A stretch of 64,000 nucleotides of DNA from Azolla caroliniana. Taxonomy: Eukaryota > Plantae > Polypodiophyta. Shown here in pieces: positions 37,401 to 48,632 of the stretch. How positions within the stretch are numbered: position 1 is the stretch's first letter; every line of letters begins with the position of its first letter. Both the position numbers and the translations under genes were made by a program. The notes under the pieces were generated by a model that searched no databases, had not been told where the DNA came from, and worked only from the letters and a program-made list of their open reading frames with translations. The stretch covers positions 10,354,001-10,418,000 of the forward strand of contig JBHGNT010000013.1 of assembly GCA_043228905.1 (NCBI GenBank). The letters are read 5' to 3'.

Positions 37401-37946
37401 CGGATACGACAACTGGAGGGAAGACCGAAAGATGTAGCGGAAGCGTCACGCCGACAACAAGAAGCACGGTTCCGGAACAAAAGCCGGTTCGACACAAAGC
37501 ACCGACTACGACCGAGGAGGATTGAAGAAGGAGATTGGGTGATCGTCTATGATAGTAGCTTGGACCATCAACATACAACGATGCGGAAATTCGCGAAAAG
37601 GTGGTTCGGGCCGTACGAGGTTCGGAAGGTCTTCGACAACGGGACGTACCGACTGTCCGAGTTGGATGGAACAATACTACGAGTGCCTATAGCCGGGAAG
37701 CGGGTGAAGATTTTCAAGAAGCGGACCGACGACAAACCTTATGTGATCCAAGTCGAGGCCGACAACGAGGAGCAATCGGACGAAGACCACAATGATGCGG
37801 GAAGCGAAGAAAGTGGATTACAACTCATAGTCGACATAAGGGGAGAATCGGAGGAAGCTTCGGATGAAGACGGATACAAAGAATCAAGAACTTCGGCACA
37901 TACCGGAGGATGTGCGGGTTTGGAGGGGGCGAGTGTCGTAGTGTAG
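34479..37946 (+). CDS. pol: Element E Pol (RT, RNase H, integrase)
   Basis: 1155-aa ORF with DLYSGYDQ, LPQGATNSVA, PFLDD, VDTSPTG, HHCC finger, ADRGE, YNPEANG and WFGPY motifs. Confidence 0.95.
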   Translation: MKKQYRQVEDKLRSASIIKEDEEIVGVIEEVFYGNTLQRLEELAEDKSQGNRVVPVESVEMYEIIAKMEPDTLRKEEAMVSTKYKTVEKKVKPAAGPLPADSEQKRKEVSGDPTLRKTVDIGHAFTDETRKKLQIGGGGFLLQEEEKRFREMLEQHGKAFAFTSREIGCIDPKIVEPMVIFTIDHVPWNLKPIPVPRAHIPKVIDLLKEKVAMGILEPSSAPYSNRWFTVPKKNGSLRFIQDLQPVNKVTIRNSGVGPIVDEFAEAFAGRAIYSIGDLYSGYDQFQLAVESRDITTMRTPIGLVRMCTLPQGATNSVAHMMNAMNKVLRDCIPEITMPFLDDIPMKGCAVEEKDETMDDRGCRKFVVDHIHDCEKVLRKLEDVHLTLSGEKSAFGQEEILVVGHLCGPYGRRPSPTKIDAIQAMKEVCESTSEVRRFLGACAFYHIWIPHYAHIADPLYHLLRKGKKFEWKPEHTKAMRKLKKTLWRAESLKKPSYERPIIITVDTSPTGIGWVINQADSDGSRYPIRFGAKVLNERQRGYAQVKRELWGVVSAIKSDRDYLIGAEVVIETDCLPILGMMRCCTIPDVAMLRWIAYVKSLNPEVRHISGKDNAVADMLSRARFEDDITESDNEEVSEDYFTSEHICRVNVIREFREEEYEGETLMIGKMLQEVEDSTNDKERRAEIRRKKRQVQKFFLENGLIWRTPKRPDGIPLRVVGTKEQRNRIMSEFHESDWAGHRGTWATFVKIKQRYWWKNMYKDVAEFTESCEKCQVYSGVRHRDELHPTFSPTINFKWMVDIVAMPTGIGQKKYLVLAREDLTNQVEGRALRRKTCTAVCQFLLEEVFCRYGCVGQVIADRGELDSDKARGFFAKHGVRLTLTTAYNPEANGKIERGHSSIVKALAKACNGRVKDWPQMLPYALWADRTTHSSVTGYMPAELMTGQAPVMPTETAIATWTILPWKEEMSREELLAVRIRQLEGRPKDVAEASRRQQEARFRNKSRFDTKHRLRPRRIEEGDWVIVYDSSLDHQHTTMRKFAKRWFGPYEVRKVFDNGTYRLSELDGTILRVPIAGKRVKIFKKRTDDKPYVIQVEADNEEQSDEDHNDAGSEESGLQLIVDIRGESEEASDEDGYKESRTSAHTGGCAGLEGASVVV

Positions 37947-40900
37947 GTTGCACACTATGTGGAAATTATATTTTTGTCTCTCCGGATAGAGAATGGAGTG
38001 CTCGGTGAGAACCGGAAGAAAACGGCATACCGGCAAGGAGGAAAACGGCATACCGGCAAGGAAGAAAACGGCATACCGGCAAGGAAGAGCCGGATAAAGA
38101 GACATAAATGTAAAAGGAAAGGAAATACTCACTACTGCGCAGGGCGTGATTCGAACTCTGCACCTCCACGTTGACAAACCCCAACCTTACCATTACATTA
38201 AATTATCTTAAGTGTTTTAAAATATAGATTTAATATATATAAGACCTTTATTTATGCATACCTTTATTAAAAGGTAAATCGTGTATTTCTTTAATATATG
38301 AAAAAGAAAAAACACGAGACACTAAAAATAACTCATGCACATCTAGCGTGCATGAGCCCTATACTTAGGAAATAAAAAAAAGCATCACATGCACATTTAG
38401 TGTGCATGAACATATGAGAAAAAGCATGTAGCTATGCTTAGTCTCTCCCATCACTATATAAGGATGGGGAGCACATTGTAGTTGTTGTTGATTATTTGGA
38501 TTAAGTATTAATCAATACAAAAATTATTCGTGGGATTCACGATTTATACATCTACTTCTCTCTTAACACCCTAAGTACCAATTAATATAGTATACTCGTG
38601 TGATTCACGAGTTTCTTATCTTTCTCTTTGCTATTTTCTCATAATTAATCTCTATCTCACGAACTTCTTTCTCCTAGTCCAAGACCTCTGTGGTTCCCAC
38701 CCGACTCACGCAACGATCCGGAGCCGAAAGGCACGACAACGCAAGACACCCGAATACCTTCAGATGCCGGTAGGACACTTCCTTACCGGTCCAGAGTCTC
38801 TGTGGCGTGTCTCCATCCAAGGGTACTGAGGGTGATCTGTTTATCACATATGTCACCGTCGACAGTGCCTCAACCCAAAACTTCTTGGGTAGTTTTGCAT
38901 GCGCCAACATACTCCGAACCCTCTCCATTATGGTCCGGTTCATCCTCTCGGCCAGCCCGTTTAGTTTCGGCGTCTTCGGCACGGTAAATTCGAGCCGGAT
39001 TCCCTTCGAGCGACAATACTCCTCGAACTGCCCCCGGTATTCACCTCCGTTATCTGCTCGAACCGCCTTCAGCTTCCAGCCGGTTTCTCTTTCCACTCTC
39101 GCGTGGAGCTCTTTGAAGACGGATAGCACTTGATACTTCGTCTTCAACGGTGTGGCCCACAGCTTCCGGCTATGGTTATCTATGAACGTCACGAAGTACT
39201 GCGATCCTGCATGTGACTTTGTGTCCACTTGACACACATCAGTATGCATTACGTCTCATCGGTGGCCTTGGTCAGAAGGAGGTCCGGTTTTGCTTACCGG
39301 CCAGACAATCAGTGCACTTCTCCAAGTGCACATTCTTCACTGGAATGAGGTTGTCGTCTGCAAGCCTCTTCATCCCCTTCTCGCTCATGTGACACAGCCT
39401 TTTGTGCCACAGCTCACCGGCAGTGTTGGATGCCACGTTCAATTCCTTCAGACATAATTGGGCATTCATCAGGTAAAACGTGTTTACCTTCCAGGCCCGA
39501 GCCACAATCAAGCTCCCTTTGCTGAACTTCATAACACCGTTCCGATTGCTACCTGTGTAGCCTTCATCATCTAGCCGACCGGCTGATATCAAGTTCAGAC
39601 GAACCTCCGGAACGTGTCGGACATCCTTCAGCAGCATCTTGCATCCAGTTGGTGTTGTCAGCCACACGTCTCCTATGCCGACAATTCGGCATGTACCTTC
39701 ATTCCCCATCCGAACACAACCGTGATCACCGGCTGAGTAGGATGAGAAGCATTTCCGGTCAGGGGTAAGGTGGAACAACGCTCCGGAGTCGACAACCCAG
39801 GTCATCTCGTCGCCGGCAAGGTTTATCTCACTCTCCCCGGTGATGAGCATCAACTCTTCTTCGCTTGCCGCAGTTGCCGTCGTTCCCTTATGGTCCGTTC
39901 CCCTCCGGTCTTTACCGTTCCGGTCTGGTGTCCACTTCGAATCGGTACCGTCGGTTTCCTTGTCTTTCCGAAAATGCCGACAGTTCTTCTAGAAGTGTCC
40001 CGGCTTGCCGCAATAGAAGCAAGTAGGCCTCCCCCTTGACTTTGACCGTGTCCCCGACTTTTCCCGGTTCTGGGGACTACGGTTTCTTTGTCTTCCGTGT
40101 TCCGATTCGGTAAGGAGCGCTTTGGAGTCGGAGCTCGTATCCTTATCTTTCTGACGCGCCTCCTCATCTAGCAAGTTTGACTTCACTCTTGGTAGGGATA
40201 ACTGTTTCCCTTCCGGCCCGGCGTTGCCCAAGGTGACAACCAACGTCTCCCAACTATCCGGGAGGGAACCGAGTAGGAGTAGTACTAGTACCTCATCGGC
40301 AAGAGGTACTTCCAATGATGTTGCATGGTGGATCAACCCCTGGAGGGCATTCATGTGCTCCGCCATGCTAGAGCCATCTTGGTACCGGAGTCTTACTAGC
40401 TTCCGGAATACCGAAACCTAATTAACAACATTTTCGTTCTGAAACATAATGTCGATCTTCTCCCAGAGCTCATGAGCCTTGCTCTCTTCATTGAATTTGT
40501 TGTATAGACTCATGTCGATGAAGCACTGTATGTATGCCGTTGTCTTCATGTGCATCACCTCCCATATCATGGCATTGATTTTGTCCGGTCTCTTGTCCCC
40601 GAACTGAACCAGCAACCAAAGATCTTTAACCACGAGCATGTCCCTCATCTTTGACTTCCACACTAAATAGTTGGAGCTGGTAAGCTTGAACATGCCGCCC
40701 AACGATTCGTCCATTTTCTGTGTCATTTCACTTTGATACCACTTTGACAGGAACTACACGCTCCGATGAACACCGCTCGGCCACAACCGAGCTTAGAATC
40801 AAACACAGAAAATGGGGAATGAAAAACACGACACAAAGGAGAGAAGAGTACACAGGATGTTTAACGTGGAAAACCCTGAGAGGGAAAAACCACGGGAGTC

Positions 40901-41675
40901 CGCAGACTCCAAACTATCACTATATCACAATGTACAATAGGAAAGCACCGAGGCCACGACCTCGAGCTTGCTATCTTCGCCACAGGCGGCGGTTACAACA
41001 GAGGCAACGACCTCTTCCTCTCTCTCTCTCTCTTTGTACACTATTACGTGCTCTCTAGTCTTGCGCCAACAAGAATGACAACAACAACACCTTCTTTGTT
41101 TGCCCTAAGTCATATTTATACTAATATGACTTTTCGGCTATTTACAAATATAGCCCCGATGGGCTCTCAGAAACATATTTACGAATATGTCCCTTCATCC
41201 GGTGAGCACTCCTCACCGGGTCTACATCATTCATCCGGTGAGCACTCCTCACCGGGGCTGCATCATCCGGCGCTTGTCAGGCACTTGTCATCCGGTTCTC
41301 ACAGGGTCTTCCGTTGTCGGGTACTCCACATCCGGTTTTCACCGGGTCTTCACCATCCGGCTCTTGCCAGGTACTTGTCATCCGGTTATCACCGGGTCTT
41401 CCGTAGTCGGATACTCTTCATCCGGTTCTCACCGGTTCTTCACCATCCGGCTCTTGCCGGGTACTTCTCACTTCCCATCCGAAGAGACCTGTTTCCTAAC
41501 ACGTCGTTTCTAAGGTCTCAACTACGTATACGACCCGAGCTCTATCCTCGAGTATGCTCTCCATTTTCTTCCCCTAACGACGCCTCCGTGCACAAGTCTT
41601 CACGTTACACTTCCCTTGATACCGATAGCTTGTAGGCATATCGAAGGTGTTTCCAACAGAACGGTTAACAGCCTT

Positions 41676-43574
41676 CGACCTACTCAAGGAAGTTTTTACC
41701 TGGGCTCTAGTCCTCCTTCACGTCGACCCTACTAAGCCTTTTCAAGTTGAAACAGATGCCTCTGACTTTGCCATTGGTGCCATCTTATCCCAACCCGATG
41801 ATGATGGCATCCTACATCTGGTGGCGTACTACTCTCGAAAATTCACAACTCCAAAAATCAACTATCCCATCTACGACAAGGAGCTCATGGCTATAGTGGC
41901 AGCTTTCAAAGAGTGGAGACCTTACTTGTCTGGGGCGCAACATCAGGTTCAAGTATTTTAAGAGATCATGTTTTTCTCAACAAGTCGTACTTTGAATCGG
42001 CGGCAGGCCCATTGGTCAATTTTCTTAGCCGACTATGACTTTGAAATTGTCTTTCGGTCAGGGGCACAAAACATGAAGGTTGATGCTCTTTCACAACGGT
42101 CGGATTTTGAGTTGAGCCCAAGGGATGATGCCTATGCTCAACAATCTCAATGTTTGCATAAACCAAATCAACTCCAGCTCTTTGCCACATGCATGCTCCA
42201 TGACGACTATTTGCTTGAGGAGATAGCCAAAGCACTTCCCACCGACAAATTCGTCAACGCAATTAAGGAAGGTCTTATTGATCTGTCTAAATCCAAGGAA
42301 GACCTTGACCACTTCAGATTCGAGGGGGGATTGCTTTACCAAGACCAACTCTTATATGTTCCGAAGGGCCGATGTCGAACTCAAGTTCTCCAAAAGTGTC
42401 ATGATGACCCCTTGGCTGGTCATTTTGGCATTACAAAGACACTCCAATTAATCTCACGAGGATATTGGTGGCCTCAACCATGGAATTTTGTCAAGGAATT
42501 CATCAAGACATGTGATACTTGTGCTAGATCCAAAGTCATCCACCATAGGCCATATGGGTTGCTCCAACCACTTTCCATTCCCAACCGGCCTTGGGCATCA
42601 ATTTCCATGGATTTCATCACTGACTTGCCTCTTGTCCACGCATACGACACAATGCTCGTCATGGTAGATCGCTTTACAAAGATGGCTCATTTTGCCCCTT
42701 GTGCAGAATGTGGTGCAGCTTCATGGGGTCCCAGATGATGTCACCTCAAATCACGGACCCCAATTTGTTTCTCGTTTTTGGCATGGCTCCTTCAAACATT
42801 GGACACAATAATGAATTTGTCTTCATCCTATCATCCTCAAACAGATGGCCAAACGGAGCGAGTGAACCAAATTCTTGAGCAATACCTTCGATGCTCGATT
42901 AGCTACCAACAAGATGATTGGGTTGACCTCCTACCCTTGGCAAAGTTCACATATAATAATACGCTACATGGTTCAATTGGGGTCCCCCCATTTTTCGCCA
43001 ACTATGGTTTCCATCCTCGCTTCAGTATTTCCATCCTTGGCAACTCTGTCAACACATCAGCCTTGAACTCATCCTTGCAAGGGACCGGTATAAAGCACAA
43101 GCTGATCGACATCATTCCGCTACACTCGCCTTTGCAGTTAGTGATCAAGTTCGGCTCTTACGTCGCCATGTCGATACTAGTCGACCTTGCGGAAAGTTGG
43201 ATTACAAGAAGTTGGGGCCTTTCCGCATCATTGAGTGTGTCAATCCTGTCACTTTCTGGCTGGAACTTCCTCCACATTTCCGGATTCATAATGTCTTCCA
43301 TTCCTCTCTTCTCGAACCTTATCATCCATCCACTATTCTTGGAAGACACTCTCCACCTCCACCTCCAATTGAGTTTTCCATAGGTGAGGAGTATGAGGTG
43401 GACAAGATTATGGACTCTCGTTGGCATCGACAACAACTTCAATACTTAGTCCTATGGAAAGGGTATCCCATTTCAAAGGCAACTTGGGAACCAACCCAAT
43501 ACTTGGAGAATGAGCCAGATGATGTTCATGCATTTCATCACGAATATCCACAACAACCGAGGAGGCATCTTTAG
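41676..43574 (+). pseudogene. pol: Element B RNase H, integrase and chromodomain
   Basis: [39 protein letters not shown], and chromodomain EYEVDKIMDSRW...YLVLWKGY...TWEP. Confidence 0.92.
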
Positions 43575-43585
43575 CAGGGGGATAA

Positions 43586-43840
43586 TGTCATGGACGTGAC
43601 AACAATCATGTCATGATTCGAACTCTTGACCTATTGTATTTAATCGATATGTTTTAACCAATACATACCATACATAATCATGTTACCTTACTAGATTGTA
43701 GAGATTATCTATTCTACATGTATGATTTTAGAAGCTTCCAGAAATCTCCTGAAGTTAGAACATTCTAGAAGTTTGCGCATGAAAATGAGTCTTTGCATGG
43801 GGCTACATTTAGAGCCCATAAACATGTATAAATACTGAGG
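43586..43840 (+). repeat. Truncated 3' LTR (U3) of element B with heat-shock elements and TATA box
   Basis: TGTCATG start after the PPT; GAAgcTTCcaGAA 43731-43743; GAAcaTTCtaGAA 43758-43770; TATAAATA near 43827. Confidence 0.75.
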
Positions 43841-44303
43841 AACACACGCGGTACGCGAGGGATGGTATCCGACATGCGGTCGGAGTGCTCGGGAGAACAA
43901 TTGGAGGATGTGTGTGGTGGACATAGGAAGAGCGATCAGATCGACGACGCCGTTCGGGAGGTCTACTATGACCGATCATGGAAGAAGGTACGAGCGTCGG
44001 ATATGGTGGATCGGATGGAGTCGACAGTTCGGGGACATATGGCGGATACGACGGATCGGGAGGCTACAATAGTTCATGTGGAAAGGATGGGACGAGGACG
44101 CGACGGAACTCGGTTGATCACCATGGCCGAAAATCTCACCTCTTCTCCTTTCTTGGCACATACCGGTGGATGTGCGGTTTAGTGGGGGCGGATGTCGTGA
44201 GGATTTTCGGCCATGGTGAGAAAACCGATTGGGATGAATAAAATGGGGATGTGCAACATTGCACATGCACCTATCCGGCACGCATGCGCGGATTTCCGCG
44301 ACA
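43841..44303 (+). mobile_element. Element M: 3' fragment of another Ylt1-like gypsy with a short or deleted LTR (44193-44303); left end approximate
   Basis: GCACATACCGGTGGATGTGCGG (AHTGGCA) matches the end of E pol, followed by AGTGGGGGCGGA PPT and TGTCGTGA...CCGCGACA termini similar to D. Confidence 0.65.
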
Positions 44304-47300
44304 ACATGTGCGCCAACCGACCGGCCATAAAGCCTCTTTCGCCACATCAGACATGGCTACGTATTCAGCCTTGGTTCTTGATGTGGCAATGCACTCCTGA
44401 AGCTTCGATTTCCATGAGATTGCTCCATTGTCAAATTTGAAACAATATCCGGTTGTTGACTTTCGATTGTCCACACATTTGGCAAAGTCTGAGTCGATGC
44501 AACCGACCACGCCTAATTTATCATTCGAGCTGAATAGGATGCCATAGTCTTTTGTGCCCACAAGGTATCTGAACACATGCTTAACTGTGTTCCAATACGA
44601 TCGACCAGGATTGTGCATAAATCGTCTGACGACTCTGACGGCATGAGCAATGTCAAGCCGTGTCGTGACCATCACGTACATCAAGGAGCCGACTGTCAGT
44701 GCATATGGTACCGACTTCATATCATCCCCCTCTGAACCAGATGTCGGGCAGTCTCGCTGAGATAATCGAAGGTTAATGGGGAGTGGGGTCGAAGCAGATT
44801 TGGTTGATTGCATGTTGAAGCACTCTAAGACATGTCTGATGTAGTCGGCTTGAGACTGAGACAGTTGTCGTCGATTTTGATTCCAACTTATCTTCATCCC
44901 GAGAATGTGTCTTGCCGGACCGAGGTCCTTCATGGCAAACTTCAACTGTAGTTGCAGAACAAGTTCAGCGAGCTCTTTGGTATGCCGACCGGAGAGTAGC
45001 ATGTCATCCAGAGAGTAGCATGTCATCCACGTAAATGATGAGGAAGATGGGTGGCCCATCTTGAGTTGTTTTGGTGAAGAGGCAGTGGTCCTCATCACTC
45101 TTTGAGAAACCAACCGACTGGATAAACTAGTCAAACTTCTTGTACCACTATCGTTGTGCCTATTTCAGGTTGTAAAGACTCTTCCTGAGTCGGTAGACCA
45201 TATGCTATTGGCCGGATGCAATGAATCCTTTTGGCTCCTCCATGTAAATTTCCTCCTCTAGGTCACCATGGAGGAATGTCATCTTCACATCTAACTAAAT
45301 AAGCTCCAAGTCCTTGGCAGCCAATACGTTGAGGAGAAATCGAAGGATGGTCATTTTCACCACTGGTGAAAAAATCTCGTGAAAGTCAACACCATATTGT
45401 TGTCGAAAGCCTTAATCTGGCCTTATACTTAGGATTGGTGGAATCGGACATCTCTTTTAATCCGTAGACCCATTTGCATGGAAGAGCACGTCGATTTTTC
45501 GGTAATTCGACCAAGTCCCAAGTTTGGTTTGCTCGAATGGAGTTCATTTCCAACTCCATCGCTAGATGCCATGTGGTCGAATCGGTTAATGGAGATGCTT
45601 CATCGTATGATGTCGGTTCGCCGACATTCGTGAAGAAGACTCCAGGAGAGTACCTCTCTAGGGGTTGCGACAGTCTCTCCGATCGTTGAGGTATAAATGA
45701 ACTAGTAGCATTGGGTGTCTGAGTCATATGGTCCAAAGCCGAATCGTTCAGCTATGCCGAGTCAGTGCTAAAGGATTCGGCTACTCGTGAAGACAACCTC
45801 ACGTTATGGGTTGGACCTTCGTGAAGCATTGGCACATCTGAAAAGGTAACCCTTCGGACTTCAATAGGCGTTTCGGTCGTCTTGTGCATAGCCGACTCGT
45901 TGAACACTACATCCGAACTTTAGACGATCTATCTGTGCTCTGTGCTCTGTGCTCTATCCCAGAGTCGGTATCAGAACTCACCGTATGGTCCATAGCCAAG
46001 GAAAATACATTTCTTAGACCTCGGTTCTAATTTGCGGTAGTCATATTTCGGTATGTGGGCGTACGCCTCGCATTTGAAAATTCTTGATTTGTCGTAATTC
46101 ATCTTGCTACTGGTTCACAATTCCTGAGGTACTTGAAGTCTTAGAGGCCTACTCAGCGACATGTTAATAATGTGTATTGTCATAAGTAAGGCCTCTGCCT
46201 AGAAGCCATCCGACAGTCTAGAGTGTTGGAGCATGGAAACTATCCATTCTTGAATGGTCTAATTCATGCACTCGACAACTCCGTTCTACTCCGGACTATA
46301 GGGTATCATTTCGAATGCCACATTGTCAGCCAAATTTGATGAATTCTTTAGACTTGAACTCTTCTCCGTTGTTACCCCGTACGAGATGTATGGAAAGTCA
46401 GTGTGATGAGTGAGGGTCGAATGTTATCATGATGTTGTTGTGTATGTGTAGGGGACATAAATGTAATTGTGAGTCTATACGTATGTGAACACATGCACAC
46501 GTGTCTGCATGTGGATAGATACGAGGAGGTGTGAGTGAGTGTCCAGTATGAATGCTCGAGGGGGCTTACACCCCTATGTATCTACCCCCTCTTGTACTAT
46601 TTAACCCCTTATGGGGAATGAATGAAATATGAATGAACATTTTCTCTCTAATCTCTCTCTCTTTGACACCTTTTCTCTTCTCTCTCCCTCTCTCACGTTG
46701 AACCCCCTTGGGAGGGGGGTGGGGCCATTCTAGGCACCACCCCCCACCCCGCAATGCTTCTCTATATGATCTCTCTCACCATCATACTCTCCATCACCAT
46801 GTCTATCTTCATTACCAATCATCATAGTTATCATTCATCATCATCGTCGTCCTTAACCCTAACCCTAAAACCTACAACACCTTTTGGCGACCACTAAGGC
46901 AACCCCCCTTTGGAGACGAAGTCGAAGATTAATACGTGGCAGAGACAACAACGACGAAATGTGTGATAATGGTGACGATGATGTGTGAGAAATCGAATTT
47001 ATGATGAGTAGCAAATCAAATCGGTAATGTGCAAGAAATGGCGACCACAATGCGTTGGAAATGGCCATGTTAACGAAAAAAAAGAAGAAACAATCATAGC
47101 GATAACTGGAATGACAGAGATCGACAACAATGATGGCCGGACCGAAGATGTGCGGGACGACAACAACCGGACAGCCGGAAAGACATGGTCGTTTGTGCCG
47201 AACAACAACGAAGATGGAGACGGCCGGACAACAGTTCGAGCGGTCGTATAGGCCGGAGAGTGACCGGACAAGAGCAACCGGAGCGGCCGAAGTGGCTGGA

Positions 47301-47946
47301 GAGCGGTCGGAATGGCCGGACAACTGCTAAAGAGCAACCGGACGACGATCGGACGGTGACGGGCGAACCTCAGCCAAAACAGACGACCGACTGCAAACTG
47401 GCTGAACAGGGCCGACAAGGCCGGCGACAGAGACATCTGGAGATTGACTGCACAGACATGGCCAGACGAGCCAGACAGCGGAAAGAGCGGCCAGTAGGGC
47501 CGAAAACCGGCCGGAATAGCCAGACAGTGGCTGGAGCGGCTGGAGAACCGGACAGATGACCTGGAAAACGGATTGGACGCACAGTCGGAAGACAACAGAC
47601 AGACATCCGAGGAGCGGCCGAAATGCACAGAAATGGCCAAAGTGGCTGGAGAGCGGTCGGAGTGGCCGAACAGTGCCGAAACGGAGGCGGTCGAACCGGA
47701 CGGGCCAGACAATGACGACGTTGGACAACGGCGATGGAGACACTAGGGAAACAAGACAACTAACAAAGATGAGAGATTCGGCCAAAGTAGCGGAAAAGCG
47801 AGGGCCGGACAACATTCGAAGCGGAATAGAGGCGGTCGGATGAACGACGGCCGGACGGACACGTCAGGAAAAACGAAGGAGGTGTTGGGATTTTCGGTCC
47901 CTCCGGATGGGATGTCCGGAGATGAATGACGGCAGGCCTGGTTGCG

Positions 47947-48132
47947 GTTACGGAGCCGGATGACGAAGACCCGGTTACGGAGCCGGATGATGAAGACCCC
48001 GGTTACGAAGCCGGATGACGAAGACCCGGCTACGGAGCCGGATGACGAAGACCCCGCTACGGAGCCGGATGATGAAGACCCCGGTTACGGAGCCGGATGA
48101 CGAAGACCCCGGCTACGGAGCCGGATGATGAA
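47947..48132 (+). repeat. 27/28-bp tandem repeat in element K 5' LTR U3 (about 7 units)
   Basis: GGYTACGGAGCCGGATGAYGAAGACCC(C) units; about 9 units in the 3' LTR at roughly 52780-53023. Confidence 0.9.
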
Positions 48133-48632
48133 TGTACCCGGAGAGAGATCCGGATGCGGGGACATATTTGTGAATATGTTTGCCAAGGGCCCTTGAGGCT
48201 ATATTTGTAAATAGCCCGAAAGTCATATGTGTATAAATATGACTTAGGGCAAACAGTTTTGTTGTTGTTGCTCATTTTCTGTTTTCCACTTAGAGGGAGC
48301 GAAGTGAGAGCAGCCGAGAGAGAGAGAGAGAGAGAAACGAGGAGGTCGTTGCCTCTGTGTATTACCGCCGCCTGTGGCGAAGACAGTGAGCTCAAGGTTG
48401 TTGCCTTGAAGCTTCACCATTGTACATCTCTGTTCATAGTGATAGTTGGAGTTTGAGGACTCCCGTGGTTTTTCCCATTTAGGGTTTTCCACGTAAAATA
48501 TCCTGTGTACTCTTCTCTCTATTGTCTTCGTGTACTTTGTATTTCCTATTTCCGGTGAGTTGATCCTATTCCTTGATTGTGGCTGAGCACCGTGCGTAAC
48601 AAAGTGGTATCAGAGCGACGGTAACACAGAAA

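Larger units (their letters stand above)
31462..38738 (+). mobile_element. Element E: very young, near-intact Ylt1-like (fungal-type) Ty3/gypsy
   Basis: 805-bp LTRs 31462-32266 and 37934-38738 (one mismatch found by eye); 4-bp TSD ACGC; PBS at 32271; PPT GGAGGGGGCGAG 37922-37933. Confidence 0.96.
29420..40726 (-). pseudogene. gag-pol: Element I gag-pol polyprotein, frameshifted and split by E
   Basis: CFYCGKPGHF, WVVDSGA, RADNGGEY, YVDD and KHIQRRYHWIRE motifs; rejoins as GCLAYVHV across E. Confidence 0.9.
28749..41501 (-). mobile_element. Element I: Ty1/copia (Tork/Tnt1-like), degenerate, inserted in the 3' LTR of C; contains E
   Basis: TSD CGTCG; LTRs 28749-29409 and 40745-41501; PBS TGGTATCAAAG (tRNA-iMet type) at about 40741-40731; gag-protease-integrase-RT-RNase H order. 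Confidence 0.94.
9783..41670 (+). mobile_element. Element C: non-chromovirus Ty3/gypsy (Athila/Tat-related, no additional archaeal RNase H seen) with extra ORF3; contains G, I and E
   Basis: TSD GCCTT (9778-9782, 41671-41675); 5' LTR 9783-10255; 3' LTR 28440-28748 plus 41507-41670; PBS TGGCACGCCCGGT at 10261. Confidence 0.92.
3826..43840 (+). mobile_element. Element B: old Tcn1-like chromovirus split by insertions A, D, F and C; 3' LTR truncated (end approximate)
   Basis: gag 3826-4550, protease 4604-4856 plus 7296-7450, RT 7660-8262 plus 9467-9777, RNase H-integrase 41676-43383, chromodomain to 43574, PPT AGCAGGGGGATAA, 3' LTR from 43586. The coding sequence rejoins across each TSD. Confidence 0.9.

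Noticed and set aside
46851-46872. Interstitial telomere (CCCTAA repeats)
   Set aside because: Only 2-3 units, present in both H LTRs; a telobox-like LTR motif.
47947-48132. 28-bp repeats as a CRISPR array
   Set aside because: Head-to-tail repeats without spacers, located inside a copia LTR.
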